From Vicugna vicugna (taxonomy: Eukaryota), in the NCBI GenBank assembly GCA_013265495.1, contig MU058781.1, forward strand, positions 11,699,009 to 11,763,008: a DNA stretch of 64,000 bases, read 5' to 3'. Under the pieces are notes generated by a model. It searched no databases and was not told where the DNA came from. It saw only the letters and a program-made list of their open reading frames with translations. Numbering within the stretch: the stretch's first letter is position 1; the number at the start of each line of letters is the position of its first letter. The translations under genes and the position numbers were made by a program. Below, piece by piece: positions 23,701 through 38,700 of this stretch.

Positions 23701-26700
23701 GCAGTGTCAAGATCAAGTTCCTCACAGTGGACAGGAGATGACCTTTCTTGACCTTTCAATCTGGAAAAGAGCATGTGGAAGAATCAAGGAGGTTTTGAGA
23801 AATGGTTAGCGTGTAAAATGGGAAGGTCTGGGTGATTGATTAGATTTGGGGGTGAGGGGAAAGGAAACAGGTGAAGATTACACCCTTGTTTCTAGCTGGG
23901 CTCCTGGGCAGGGGCAGGTAAGGGGGAGGCATTGATATTGCCAGTCATCAAGATAGAAAAGGAGACAGAGCAGTTTTAGGAGAATGGAGATGAGGTGCTG
24001 AATTTTAAACGCATTGGAAAATAAGGTACCAGGGATTTGGATATTTAGGTGATGCTATCTAGCCGGTGATCAACTATCAGGAACCCAAAGTTGGACAGTG
24101 TTGGAGGGAGCTGGGCAAAGTCTGGGCAGGACCTATGGATTTTTGGAGTCATTAGCAGGGAAGTGGTGTCAGCAGATGAGTTCACCCAGATACAGACTTG
24201 AGAAGAAGAGTGGGTTGAGCACAGAACCATGGAGGAAAACAAGAGATTTAAGTGGTGGCTGGAGAAAGACCCTGGAAGAATGCAGAAGAACAATCAGAAG
24301 TGAAGAAAATGAGGGTGAGAGTCACTGGAGCTGAGAAAGGACTTCAAGTTCAAAACGATGGACAGGTCCCATGCATAATCTGTCCTCTGCACACTTCCAG
24401 GCTCGACTGAAGGGTTGACCAAGCAATTGCACAGGCATGAAGTGCCAGTGAAGAAGAAACAAGGTGCGTGGTAGGACATTTCAACAAATTAATGTGAATT
24501 TGGAAAGCAGGAAGGTGAGTGGCGCCTGAAGAAGAGGCCAGAGGCAGCAGAATCTCAGAGAGTATGTGGAAGGACGTTCAGATGCGGAAGGAGAGCAGTA
24601 GGTACCGGGGCTGACAGCAGGAACAGAGCACAAAAGTATGGACGTGAAACAGTTGACCCCTTCCCCATGCCTATGCATGGCTCCCGGGCCAAATACATTC
24701 AGACAGTTCTCTGAACAAATAGAACCAATTTTGCAGGGGGAAGGAGAGCAGGGAGTGTATTTGGGATGCCCCAGAGCAAGGACCTCCACATTTTGGTATT
24801 CAGGGGTCCCTCAGCCCAATAACTGGCTCCTCACCATCATCACTTAATCACTTAATCAGTCTAGCTCTTGGTTCATACAGCTTACAGTCCCTTAAAAAAA
24901 CTGAATGAGCTTTCAGTTTATAAATTTCATTTATAAATCTGGGTCTCTCACATGAAAATCCAGATGTCCAAGTTCTCGGGAAAATTCAGGAGATCAACTG
25001 GAACTTAATCGGGGCTGCTCCCTTCCCATCTGACATTTGCTTCCCACAGGACACAGTCCCCACCCAGCTCCACCAGTTTGCAAGATCTGCCTCAGGTCAA
25101 TCTGTGAGCATTTATGTGTGTAACCCCTGCCTTCAAGTAAATCCTGCTGGATAACAAATCCCGCACCTATACAGAGAACCCTAAATCAGCTTGAAAAGAT
25201 TTTTTGGGGGGGTAAATATAGATTAATCCTTTAATTCTTTTTTCCCTCCTTGAACCAGAACTATTTTAATTAAGCCCTTAATTCTTAAAAGTCATCTACA
25301 GTGGAAGAAAGAAGAGCCAGAGGTAATCAGCATTGCATACAACTGGAAGCCAATGGAGCAATGCTAAGGTAGAAAGTGCATTGCGTGTTCAGCCCAGCTA
25401 CTGTGCAATATCAGGCAGGAAAGCACTTACAGCTTAGCTCCCATGCAAGCTTTCTTTGGCAGATACTTAAGCAGAAAGTCCCACCAAGGAGGAAAGCTAA
25501 GGGGGTGAACACATGGGTGGGGTCCAGAAGTGGTCAAGCGATGTCACAGGTTGACAGATGGATGGCAGACTTAGCGAGGAGACCCTCCAGATTGGAGCAG
25601 GAGGATGGACAGCTACAGGAGCCGTGCATCTAGGAAAGACAGAGAGTTGGTGTGATAGAAAATATACTTACGAGTTTGAAAGGCAATGAATGCCCCTCCT
25701 CAAAAAGAAAAAAAAAAAAAGGCAAGATGAAAAGACTCCAGGTAGCAAGGAAAGGAGTTCTTCCAAGTATAGGTACAACTTCTTCAAACAAACCTCAAAC
25801 ACATAGAAATTTCACTAAAGTCCTGGGAGATAAAAGCACTGGGAGTCAAAGTATGGGCCGATATGTATGCGGCAGGTAGGATGATTTACCCCCTGGTGCA
25901 TTTAAATCTGCGAGAGAGCTGTTGCTTGCTTTATCCAGCAGATGAATTATGAAAAGCTGTGAAAAAGTGATTTTTTTCAATGAAATGTTTTAAAGGAACT
26001 TGTGATCTAAAAAATTCCAAAGATGCATCTCCTTTACAGCCAACAGAGACCTTAATTCATAGGTTTTGTAAATTCAGATTGAGAAGCACCACAGTGGCTG
26101 AAGACCACAGACTTTGGAGCTAGAACGCTTGTGGTCAAACCCCTGCAACACGATTCACTGCCTATATGACCTTGGGCAGGTTATTTAACCTCTTGGTATG
26201 ACCTTTTCTTCATCTGAAAATGGGGAGTATAATAATATCTGTTCATAAGGTGGTTGTTGTATTAAATGACTCAGTATTTATGAAGCTGTGTTTGGCACAG
26301 AGAAAGTTATGTATGTATTTGGTAAATAAAGCAATACATTTATCAGATTCATTTTGCTTAAAATGGATGTTTCGTGTAGTAGGGTTTTCCTATATGTGAA
26401 AATCCAGTTTTTTTTTTAATCCACAAAGCAGGCAGTGGATTATTGGTTTTAATGAAGTTTCAGCATAGGATTCTCTTCACTAGCAAGTACTAAAGATAAA
26501 AATACAAGTCAAATTATGAAAATGTAGTTTAATAACACATCTATTACACGGAGGGACATTTAAGCCTCTACAATTAAGGCATCATATGGCACGTGTAATA
26601 CACTTAAGGGCAGACTATATATCCTCCTAATTTATTTAGTGATTCTTACATTTATATCGAATTTAAAATTACAATGCATGTCATATATATGTCATTTGAC

Positions 26701-29700
26701 TCTCATTAAAAAAAACCAAACTGATAAGGTGGGAAGAAGCCCAATGGAAGAGGAAAAAAAAAAACCAACCCAAGTCTTGGATTGGACAGGGATGCAAAGA
26801 GTCATAATCCGTAACCCTAATCAGTAGGGGTGGGGCACCCATCCGATCTTGATGTTGTACCCAAAGCCTCGGCTTTTAACCTCACTTCTGCCACGGGTGA
26901 TGGATTTGCTCAAAACTGGAGCTCAACAAAATACGTGTTGGTTTATGTTGGCTTAACTCCCTTTACAGAGCCACTCACAAGTTCTGTTTAGGGAAGGAGA
27001 CACGGTTGGAGGAAAAAAAAAAAAGGAAGGCGGAGATCAGTGCTTGCAGGTCTTATAACAGCAGAGGTGGGTCAGCTGTTGGGAAGGAAGCAGGTTGAAA
27101 AGCCAATCTTTGCTAATGACTCAAAAAGAAGCAAGTCTGGAGTTAAGAATAACATTTCAATATCAGCTTATTAGTTGTGACAAAGGTACCACAGTGAAGT
27201 CAGATGTTAACAATACCCTCTGTGCCATCCTTGCAACTTGTCTGTTAATCTAAAGTTATTCCAAAATAAAGAGTTTATTTAAGAAGGAAGGAAGGCAGGA
27301 AGGAAGGGAGGAAGGAAGGAAAGGAGCACTTCCACCGGTGTTCGCTTACTTCCTCGTATGGATGTTCCCGGCTTGGTCTTTCTTTTGGAAAGGATAAATC
27401 TAGAAAGTCAACCAAATAGTCATATCCTCCAGGAAAAGGGTTGAAGTCCTCATCTGTCTCAATCATCTGTGCAAATGACAACATGGTAAAGGGAAGAAGC
27501 ATATCAATTTAGTGGTCAAGGTCCTTAAAAAATTTCAGAATGTGCAAGACCTAAATGCCTTTAAATGACAGCAATGAACTGGAGTTAATATATAAAGAGT
27601 CTCTCCTCTCTGCTCTCTCCTCCTCCCCCAACTCTCTACCCACCCCCCTTAACTTCTCTCTCCCTCTCCTCTTTCCCAAACAGAATTCAAATTCTCGACT
27701 TCTACACTAGCAAAATTTCTTCATATCGCCGACTTCAAATTTACAGAGGTTACCATCTTAAGCACTATTAGTAACAAGATATCAAATATCACATATTTGC
27801 AGGCTAAAAAAATGAATAAAATGTGAAATGTTCCTCATTATCATATAGCAGCTAAACACAAATAATTCCACTAACAATTCAAAATGTTTCCTCTTTTTCA
27901 GACTAATTATTCTACTGAAAATATCATTCAGACCAGTGTTGCCCAGGTCTTCGATTTCAAAGACAATTTTCTAAAAAAAATTTGGGAGCTAATGGGGCAT
28001 CAATATTTTATTTTGCTAAGTGAGGACTTAAAAAAAATTCTTACATCTACTGCCCTTTTATTTCATTAAGGGAAGAATGCTTTCATGCCTCAAAAATAGA
28101 AAGGACCTAATCTTGGAATAATGACAATGCATCCCAAGGAAAGAGAATTAACATCTTTGTACCCACACTGACGTGCATACTCACCCTTATTTCATTAGTG
28201 ACTGGCAAAAAGTTCATCATAGATTGGTACTGACCCCAGGTTTCGAGAATGCTAAGTGTTGCCTGGTACCCAGTATTAACGTTTAGGTAACGGTAAACTT
28301 GGGAACAGTCCTTACCCTGAGGGTAACCAGTCTTTGTTTCCAAGGGTATGAATGAACCCTCCATTTCAGGAGGGTTTCTTTGAACTTTGCTCCCCAGGCA
28401 CAACCTCAGGCACTATATAAGCCAGATAAAACATCACATAAGCATTGCAGGTACTCCCCGCCCACTTCAGGCCTCCTCTTTCTCTTGCATCTCCTGCCTG
28501 TTGGTAATTAATTTGCTTTTGGATACACCCTCGGTTTTGGTGATCTGGCTGGTAACCGGAACCACTTGGCTTGTGAGATCTGTATGTATGGGTTGGGGCT
28601 AATTTAAGTTCTAGATCGCGGCTGACCTCATGGTTTGGGCAGGTCAGTCTTTCCCACAGCTGCCGGTAAGGATTACTTGCTTCTATGTCACTACAGGACA
28701 CCACCTCTCCAGTGGAGCCCACCTTCCAGTTCCCCAGTAAATAGCCGTTTCTGCCATAACAAACATAACACAACGAAACACTCACAGAACAAAAACAACA
28801 GCAACTAACACATGGTGATAGGAGGAAACAGAATGTTCTAGAAGAGAAACTGAGCTGGACCTCAGAACGTCCCCTACGTTGTCAACAAGGGATTGTTGTA
28901 GCACATTGTCAAATCTGTTTTCTGTCAGGCAGTCAGTAGGGCTTAATGAATGCTTATTGAGAAACAAATTACAATCCTAAGGGGTTTTCATATATTTCCA
29001 TAATACAGGAAAGCGAAGACAAGTAATACTTAAGAGCATACCCTGACCACCAGGTTATAATCCTTAAATCCAGCCCAAGTGAAGTATTCTTTTATCCAGG
29101 AAGCGTGAAGAAATATTTCATCTCCTACAGCAGCATTCAAGATTTCCAAATATGGTCCAAAGTCCCAGGAGTCCTTGTAAATTTTGGTCCCCTCTGGAGG
29201 CTCTATGATGCCTTTGCTTAAAGACACAAAAATGAGAGAACATGAAAGAAGAAGCAACAAATCAGGAAGGCAGATGTTAGCACTTCAAGATCCACAGTCA
29301 ACCAGGAGAGTAGCTTCAAGATGGCTCAGATAATCCCCAGGGGTCCCACAGATGTGTCTCAGGGAACACTGAGGGGCAGGGCCCCACCCTAGCCTAAACC
29401 AGGACAGCTCCTGGTTTACTTTCCAAGTCAGCACATTCATTTAAAGTTAGAAGTCCACGTCTGTGAAAAAAAAGAGCTGGAAAACCACTGATTTGGACCT
29501 TTTTGGCTCAAAACAACTAAATTATGGAAATGTTGGCTATAATGTGGTCGTATTGACTTTGTGGAAGTCTGCTCACTCCCGCCCTGCCCTCCACCTCCAT
29601 TGGAATGTAAGTTTGATGAAAGCAGCCACCATGATTGGCACATAGAAGGGGCAAAGTAAGTATTGAACACAGGAGTGACGTTAGCCTATCTATGAGATAT

Positions 29701-32700
29701 ACCCAGAATTTTGTGCCTCTAATATACAGTTTCGTATCTACACTAGTCAAACCACAGCTGACAGACAGATGGACAGTTCTGTCTGGAACCTAGTCAGCAA
29801 CACAGACAAGAGCGTTCCCTGACATTCCTAGAGCTGTCCATCCAGTGTGAAGATGGATTATTACATGGAAGGTGGAAACTTGAATCCTGGGAATGGAACA
29901 GGATGTGATCTGGATAAGTAAAATATGAGGACGGGAAGACTAGGCACCTGTCTAGTAAAGATCTGGCAAGTAATGGTATGTCTCTATGTCCCACTTTCCA
30001 AAACAACACTTTTAATCCACTGTTTGCCCAAAGCTAGAGATGTGCTAGTTTTGGTAATAAATTACTTATGAAATGCTAAAATTTCTAACTTCTAAATACA
30101 TCTCAAATGTACTTCTCCAATCCCCTGTCCTGTCTCAGATTAGAGCCTCACTAATCTCTACCTGGAGAAAGCCACAGCCTCCCAGCTGGCCTCCCTGACT
30201 CTAGTTCTTCTCCCTGGAGCCTCTTCCCCAGGACATGTTCTTCTGCAAACTGAAATGGTTTTTCTAACACACAATGAAGTCATGTTCCTTCTTTGCTTTA
30301 CAACTTTCTCAAGTTCTCCTTACTCAAGTTTCTTGGACTGCCTTACGACACGTTTCCGATCCTGGCCCAACTCTGCCTTCCTTACCCACCCTACACTCAA
30401 GTAGATGGATGGCTTCATAAGGGAAGGACCTTTTCACAGTTTCCCTCTTCCTAGTATGATGCCTGGTATACAGAAGGAGCTCAATAAATCATTTCTGAAT
30501 GAATGGCATATATCTGTTCACTTATTCAAATTATCTGCATTCACCAAATTCATGACACTTTATATATTTACACCTCCCTTCTCCAGCATGTGCCATTCCC
30601 TCGGACCAAAATCTCATTCTCTCTCTTTCTTTTAATTACTCTGCTTGTAACCTCCTCCTGACCTCTAAGACATCGCTCAAATGCCTAAGATTTCAGATTG
30701 AGCTTTCCTTGATCACATTTCCTTCTCTCTCCTGCCCTCTCCTCCCCTCACAAGGCAGCTAAGCAGTTAGTCTCCCTGTGTCCCTTACACTCTGTCTTAA
30801 CACTGAGAATCTAACTAGACTGACTCTCTTGTTACCCAGAATGCTTTGGCGGGATACAGGGATACAAATGTTGATTCCCAGGCTCTGTCTCAGATCTACT
30901 GAATCAGAATTTCAGGGGGTGGAGTCCAGGAATCTGCATTTATCTAACTTTCTTGGGTTTTTCTGATGTTCATTCAAGTTTGAGAGTTACTGTCATCAGA
31001 CACTGGAGAACTGGAGAGAGATGGTGGACAGTTCAGCAAATGCCAAATAACAGACTGTTTGAACACCCTGCTAAAACTTGAAATAATTAAAAACTTCTCT
31101 CATCCTTGATCTGGAGACTAAAAACCTCTTTTATCCTAGAGGCACTGGGGAGATCCTCAGGAATTTCAAGCAGGGAGAGGAACAGCAAGAGTTTTGCATT
31201 TAAAAAGGGTTTCTTGGGCAGCAATGCAGACTGGGGGCTTTCAAACTTCTTGCCCATGATCCCAGTAAAATTTATATTTTACATCAGGACCCTGGGGATC
31301 CACATACCAAGGGTACCTATGACACAGAAGCTTCCTGAAATAATGCTTACCTTGGTTATATGTACTTGAACAGTGTACTCAGGTCTGCTCTATTCCGTTT
31401 TATTCTGCTTCATTTTTTAAAGTGTTGGTTGTGATCAATGCCATTGATTTACAACCTGCCAATGTACTATGACCAGTATTTTTTTTTTCCAGAAACAATT
31501 GGGTTTATTCCTTAGGATCTCCCCAGTTCAGGTCGAAAAGGCTGGCATGGAGGATGGATCAAAGGAGAGCAAGGGGTAGAGGCACAGAGACAAGTCAGGG
31601 GCCACTGCAGGAATCTAGGTGAAAGATGGTGAGAGGTTGAATTAAAGCTACAGCAGAAGAGGCTGGAGATGACTGATGAGTTTGTGAGAGATTTGTGAAG
31701 GAAAATTGACCAGACTTGAGAGCTAGCTTTATATGAGATGTTAGCAAAAGGGCATGATTGGTTGAAGGCGTCATTCATGCCAACTTTGCAAAGGAAAGAC
31801 CAGGAGAGGGGTGTGCCCTTGGTAAATGGGTGCCCAATTCTCCTACACGTAGTCCATTTCTAAACAGGGGTGAGGAGCTTACGGTTCCATTGGGCTTAAG
31901 ACAAGCACTTATAAAAATATAGATCTGTGACATCAATGTTAGTTTTTCTTGAATTGAACTCCCAGTCTATTGTTACTTGTTCACATCCAGTATTCATGGA
32001 GCTGGCAGTTGGGTAATGTTTATGCTGGTATGAAAACTAACTCTCTTGCTTATTGCTTTTTATTTACTTAAGACAATCCTTCACAGAAGAAAACTTCCTC
32101 ACTCTTTATCCTCAAGTAAAATTTTGAGATAAGGAAAACATTTGAATATGATTATATAGGATAATAAAATTACTGCATAGGACTAAGAAAAAACTCAGTT
32201 TTCCCCCTGTATATTTAATTAATAGTTTGTTTGATTCAAACAGTAAGAATTCCAATTTAAATAGTGATACGTAGATATTGCCTGACAAGCACAGGATGCT
32301 AGTTAGTAAAAACTTAACACTCCTACACATAGGCACCTGTCAAGAGGCCATAGGTATGCCCTTTATTGTCTCAAGAAATTGAAAAACATTCATAAATCAT
32401 TTTCACTCTCTATAAATATTTAAGCCAAACCTGTCTGTTGGATCCTTCAGCATCCTACCCAGATCAAGAGTGGCTCCAGGTCGTGGGGTCCACGTTACCA
32501 CATCAGAGTTTTTCTTGATAAGATTGTTGAGTTCATTTGGGTCATTTTTGATGTTTGTTTCCTTAATATACCTGAGAAATAAGAACATTCCCAATAAGAA
32601 TGTTTATTTTCAGATGACATTCTGATTAGAACAATGGCAATTTTTTTGTGTGTTTCCTCTACATTTCTATTCCCAATCCCCTTCCACTTACCCCAGGAAA

Positions 32701-35700
32701 AATAAAGAGTATGCTTGGACTAATGTCCCTGATTAGGGAAGAACTATTAGTCAGAGAGGGTCGGGTTTATACTTTGTTTTTCGTATAATCACAGAGTGAT
32801 TGGAATTGGAGTTAGATGTACCAAGACTCTTATAAGTGGGTGGGAATAGCACATGCTTGTATTTAATATTTTTTCATTCTTTTTCCAGTTTTCTTAATTG
32901 AAGTATAGTTGATTTACAGTATTGTGTTAGTTTCAGGAATATAGCATAGTGATTCATTTTCTCGTGTTTAATGTTACTTAAGTATATAGATGATTAAATA
33001 TTTTTTATAAGAATTATACTAAGTGCTTTAACATGAACTAATTGATTTTATCTTCACAACACGCTAACGAGATAGCTGCCATTATTACTCTCACTTTATA
33101 GAAAAAGAGACTAAGGCTTAGAGAGGCCAGGTGACTTGCCCCAGGTCACACTATTAGTCGGCAGTGTCCACCCAGCTTTCTACCACCCAAGGGGCTCAGC
33201 CTTCCCAGGAGGTCACAAGGAGGGGGCTCTCCCCAACTTTGGGAGTAAAGTCTGATAAGTCTTTCCAACCCCTTCTGCCATGTAAAGTAATAGCCAAAAT
33301 GAAAGGCATCTATGAACCAGGAAGCGGGCTTCACTAGACACCAAATCTGCCAGCACCTTGATCTTGGACTTTACAGTCTACAGAAATGTGAAAAATAAAT
33401 TTCTGTTGTTTATAACCCACTCCCACCCCACCACCCCCATCAAAAGTCTTTCCACTCAAAACCATTGAAATCCACCTTTTACAAAAGAGCATACACATTC
33501 TCAGTCATAGCCCCCTGAGATCTAGTTTCTAACTGTGCTACTGATCAGAGCTAGGCACCTCCCAAATTTAATTACAAACCACAACCTTTCTGGGAGAGCT
33601 GTAAATCAATTTCAGTGTCATATGGGAAGGTAATTAAGGTGCTGCTGGAGCAGAAAAAGGGAGGTCCAGAGAAATGGGATTTGTCACCATGCTTCATCAG
33701 ACATGGGTTACAGACAGACATTTCTGTGAAAGAGAATTTTACTTTCTTGAGCTACAACTTGGTTACCTAGACTGGATAGATATTTTTAGTCAGACAGACA
33801 AACACAAAACATATATAAGCATTTGTATTTCTATAGCACCAAGGTGACTTATATTGTGATCTTGGAATCAATTTTGCAGCCATGAGTAACTTTTCCCCAA
33901 AGATGTCTGTATCTTTTCCCACCCAAAGAGGTCCATAACTTTTCCTTTCCTACACATGTGAATGTCCTCCCAATGGCGTGGTCCTCAGTTTGAAGCAGTG
34001 TCCTCTGTTTGTCTCATCTTCTTACTACCTCTAGTCTCAAAATGTTTCACTAACTGGTCTCCCTGCCTCCGAACCATGATACTATCAGATTACTCTTCTT
34101 AAAACATAACGTGTGGCATTCACAGAATTCTTTAACGTCTTGATGCTTCTCTGATTCCCTCTCTAAAATTATAATAAAATTAATACCCAGATGCCGTCCT
34201 CTGAGGGGTATTGTGGGTAATGAGGGTAACATCTGCCAACTACCAATGCACAGAAGTGTGGCTTGTAATTACTTTACAGGGCAGCATCACATTTAGTGGT
34301 CAAGTGTCCTGCAAGTAAGTACTCGCCATATTCGGTTCTTCTCCCAGTTCTTGCAATTCAACCTCCTTGATATTCCTTGGATCTGAATTCTATTCTCAAT
34401 CCCCTCTGTCATTCATCATTCCATCCTAGATTATTGTAATGATTTTCAAACTGGTCTCCAGGATCAACATTCCTGTTTCCCTTCCCCTGACAAAGACATA
34501 AAACCTAAACTCCCCAGTGCACTTCTGATCTTGTCTCTGCTCCTCGTTAGATTCCCTTACAGGGTTCCTCATTCTCAAGGATAAAATCCAAGCCATGGAG
34601 TGTGGCACACAGTGGTGTTCACTGTCTGGCTCCCTCACCTCCCCCCTGGGCTCCATATACACCCTCCTCGGTTCCCTAGAGTGAACTGCAATCTCTCATC
34701 TCAGCATCTTTCTGCGTTTGCTGGTTGGTGTCTACTCATACTTCAAAACTTTGCTTCAGAGTCTCATCCAGTAGCCATTTTCTGACCCCCATCTGTATCC
34801 CACTGCCTCCAGAACATCCATGTATCATAACATTTATCATTCTATATTATAATTGCTTTTCTCTCCCAACTCTGAAGACCACCATTTCATCTCTACCACA
34901 GTGCTACTCAATAAATAATAAATGAATAAATGAATGAGAAACAGCACTGATCAAAAGAAATTATTTTTAACCTTAGGCCAGTCTTTCTGGAAAAATTGGG
35001 AAGATATGAGATAGCTAAGTGATATCCACAGGAAGGTATCAAATGAAGCATTGTGCTGTGCACCAGAAACTGACACATTGTAAACTGACTGTACTTCTAT
35101 AATACATATATATGTGTATGTGTGTATATATATACACACAGGAAAAAAACTTTTTTAATGTAAGAAATGTTTTTAAAACTTTTTTTATTGATTTATAATC
35201 ATTTTACAATGTTGTGTCAAATTCTTGTGTTCAGCACAATTTTTCAGTCATACATGGACATATACACACTCATTATCACATTTTTTCCTCTGTGATTCCC
35301 TGTGCTATTAAATAGTAATTTCAAAGAAAATTCAAGAACCTCCAAAAGCACACATGAAAAGCAAGACCTAGAAGTTATATTGCTGCAAGAGAAATCCTTT
35401 CAGAGACCCCAGAATGAGAAAACAACTTGAATTTGATAATGATGCAATTTTCTACTCTGAGATGCAGTGTGATGTACAGAAAAGAGCTTTGGAGCCAGGC
35501 ATACCAAGATTCACTTCTCAACTCCAGTGTTTCCAATAGGATGACTTCAGGCAAGACCCTCAGCCTCTCTGAGTTTTAGATTCCCTAACCTAAACAGGCA
35601 TAATAATCCAAGTGTCACTTGGAAGACTAATTTAAATGACTTGGTTAAAAGTTTCAGTTCAGTTCCCAGCATATATTGAATATACATCCATTGCTTTCCA

Positions 35701-38700
35701 GAATCCTTTCAGGCAAAATCTATCTGAATTAACTCTGGCTGCCACGTATGGTTTTTATTCATGTTCTCTGATACAAGGCAGCTTGTTAAATAAGTTCTAA
35801 GACCCCTACAATGTCTTTATCATTTCATGTTGTATTCACAGCTAAACCATTCATCCCAGCACACATTAATTTATACATTACACTAAATGTCCAGCCATAC
35901 TTGTCTGATGGGTGGGATTCCACAAAATACCCAGCAAAGGGGCAATAAATTCGTGGTTGGAGGTCCTTCACCAGCCGAGCCTTGTAGTTCAAGAGTTTCT
36001 TCCTTTCCGTTTTAATGAATTGGGCTTTCCATTCCTCTGGAACGACAGGGTTTAGATTAGAGTCTCCTCAGTTTAGAAATCACAGAAAAACAAAAGTTCT
36101 GGTAGACTAGAAGTCTTTCAGTAGATAAAATTGATATCTGACTAACACAGAGGTAGAGCAAAGGTCCGTGTCATTAGTGGCTTTATTTGGTAAATTTCAG
36201 TTGATGACTAGGAAAGTGTTCCCAAACCAGCTAAAGACGCTGAGCCCTCTCCTTTTTTATGGCTAGTCATTGAGACCTTAGCTGAACACACAGGACAACA
36301 TGAATAGTCATACTTTGTGTGCATGCACATCTTAAGGGCACTGGGGTTCTCATAATGATTAACTCTCCTAACATGGAAATGGCTTTGCTGTTTTGGTGAG
36401 GCATGTTTATTACACCCTGGCCATGCATCATGGTGGAGAGCATGGACCTTGGAGTCAGTTAAGATGTAGGATTAAAATTCAGCTCTGCCACTTAAACTCT
36501 TTAAGTCTGTCCTCGCCTCTGTAAAATGGGATCAGGATGCCTACCTCACAGGTGGCTGATTTGTTCATTTGCTCATTCATTCATTTGATTGATATTTATT
36601 GAGCACCTACTACATGCCAGATGTAGTTCTAGGCACTGAGAATACAGTGGCGAACAAGATAAAGCAGGTCCCTGCTCTCATGAAGCATTCATTCTAGTGA
36701 AAGAAGCAAATAATGAATAAGTAAGTAAGTTCATTTCAAGGAGGGCTGAGCTAGGAAGAAAGTAAAACAGGGCCATGGGATACAGGGTGGCTGGTATAGC
36801 TGCGGGTGGAATGGAGGGGCATATTAGATGGGGTGGTTAGTAAAGATGACATTGGAGTCATAGAACACAGACAGACATGAGAGAGAAGTCGCCGCCCATG
36901 TGGAGGTCAGGAGTAATTGCACTCCAGGGGTGGAAACAACAAATATGACGGTGCTGGGGCACAGATGGACTTGGTGTATTGGGTTTGAGGAACAACAAGC
37001 AGGCCAGTGTGGGCTGATTCTTGTCAAGCAATGGGGATGCAGGCAGGAAAAGAAGCTGAGAAATGAGGCAGAGCCCAGAGGTTGTAGGGTACCGTGTCAG
37101 GGAATTGCTCCTGCTGTCACTGTTATGAAAATTTGGTCAACACAGACAAGGATACAGAAAAAAGTAAGTTACCCATAAGCTAGACAGAACCACTATTAAC
37201 ATTCTGGTATATTCCAGACCCTTTTAAATGTACATGTGTGCATGTACACACACACATACACATACTCACATAAGAATGGAGTGATGCTAGCTACCCCTTA
37301 GTAAGTGAACTTTGCCTCCCCAGTCACACTGTTAACCCTGTAAGGACAGCACCCTCTCTCTCTCTCTCATGTGGTAATGCATTCTGGGGGGCAATGGATA
37401 CAGACTTACAGAAGAAAGGGACTGGATAGGCTTTCTTCACACTCCAAGAAGGGCATTTCTGTCATGTGGTTAAACAGAGATCGCTTACCAAAAATACTAA
37501 TTTATTAAGTGGACATATATTGAGCACTTAAAAGGCAAGTACTGAGGATCCCCAAATGAACAAAATCCCCACTTACACAGCCTCCCCCATCCCAACCCTA
37601 GCACTACCGGTAGACCCAGAGCAGAAGAGCTTCTGCCTTGGACACTACATTTGTTTTCTAGCTTTGAGATATCACTGACACATAACATTGTACTAGTTTA
37701 AGGTATACAATGTTATGATTTCATCACACACATACATTGCTAAGTGATTACCTCAATAAGGTGAGCTAGCATGTCCATCACCTCACAAAATTACCATTTA
37801 TCGGTGTGNNNNNNNNNNNNNNNNNNNNNNNNNNNNNNNNNNNNNNNNNNNNNNNNNNNNNNNNNNNNNNNNNNNNNNNNNNNNNNNNNNNNNNNNNNNN
37901 NNNNNNNNNNNNNNNNNNNNNNNNNNNNNNNNNNNNNNNNNNNNNNNNNNNNNNTTCCCTATTTCCTCTACTCCCCAGTGCCCAGTAACTCCACACTCTA
38001 GAGGGACTTCCTCTGCCTCATCCCCCACCGTATGAGTGTTCCACAGGGCCAAGGGGATGTGCTCACCTCAAGTTGCACACACCCTTTTCTGAACCACGTA
38101 CCAAGAGCACCTAAGCCTGGATTCCCAACGTTGGGCTCTTCCTGTTTGCTCTATGGTCTACAGCAGGAATGCAAATGACCCAAATGTCTCTTCCTGACTT
38201 TTCCTGAGAGGCTCCCTAATCTCCTTAGTGTTTCTTTCATGCCCCATCAGCATATTTTGAGTCGGAAACTTTAGTTTGTGTATCTGTGTTTTGCAAGTCT
38301 GGTTTCCCAATAAGACTATAAGCTTCTTGTGGGGAGGGGCCATGTATTAATTATCTTTGTATTATTTGCACAGCATTTAGCAAAGTGCCATGCCTGCTCT
38401 TTGGATCACTCTGATATAAAGTATTACCAGTAAATTTTCCACCACTGAAAGTCATCGGAAAGCCTGAAGCTCCTCCAGCAAAATCACTCATCATTAGATC
38501 AACCTTCATAGGCAGCCTCCCACCATTGGGTCTGGTGCAGTCCACTGTATTGAGTATTTTATGACCTGTGGAAAAACAAAATGGCATAAGTATTCAAGGG
38601 GAAATCTTGAACACCATAGCTGGAATTCCCAGGTCAACAAAGTCTTCCATTCAAGTCTGTGTAATCTGACTTCTTCAATTATAGAAGAATTGTTGATGTC

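Noticed and set aside
28366-28785. 139-aa intronic ORF on the CMAH strand
   Set aside because: GTG start inside a GT-rich tract, no domain, not part of the CMAH frame.
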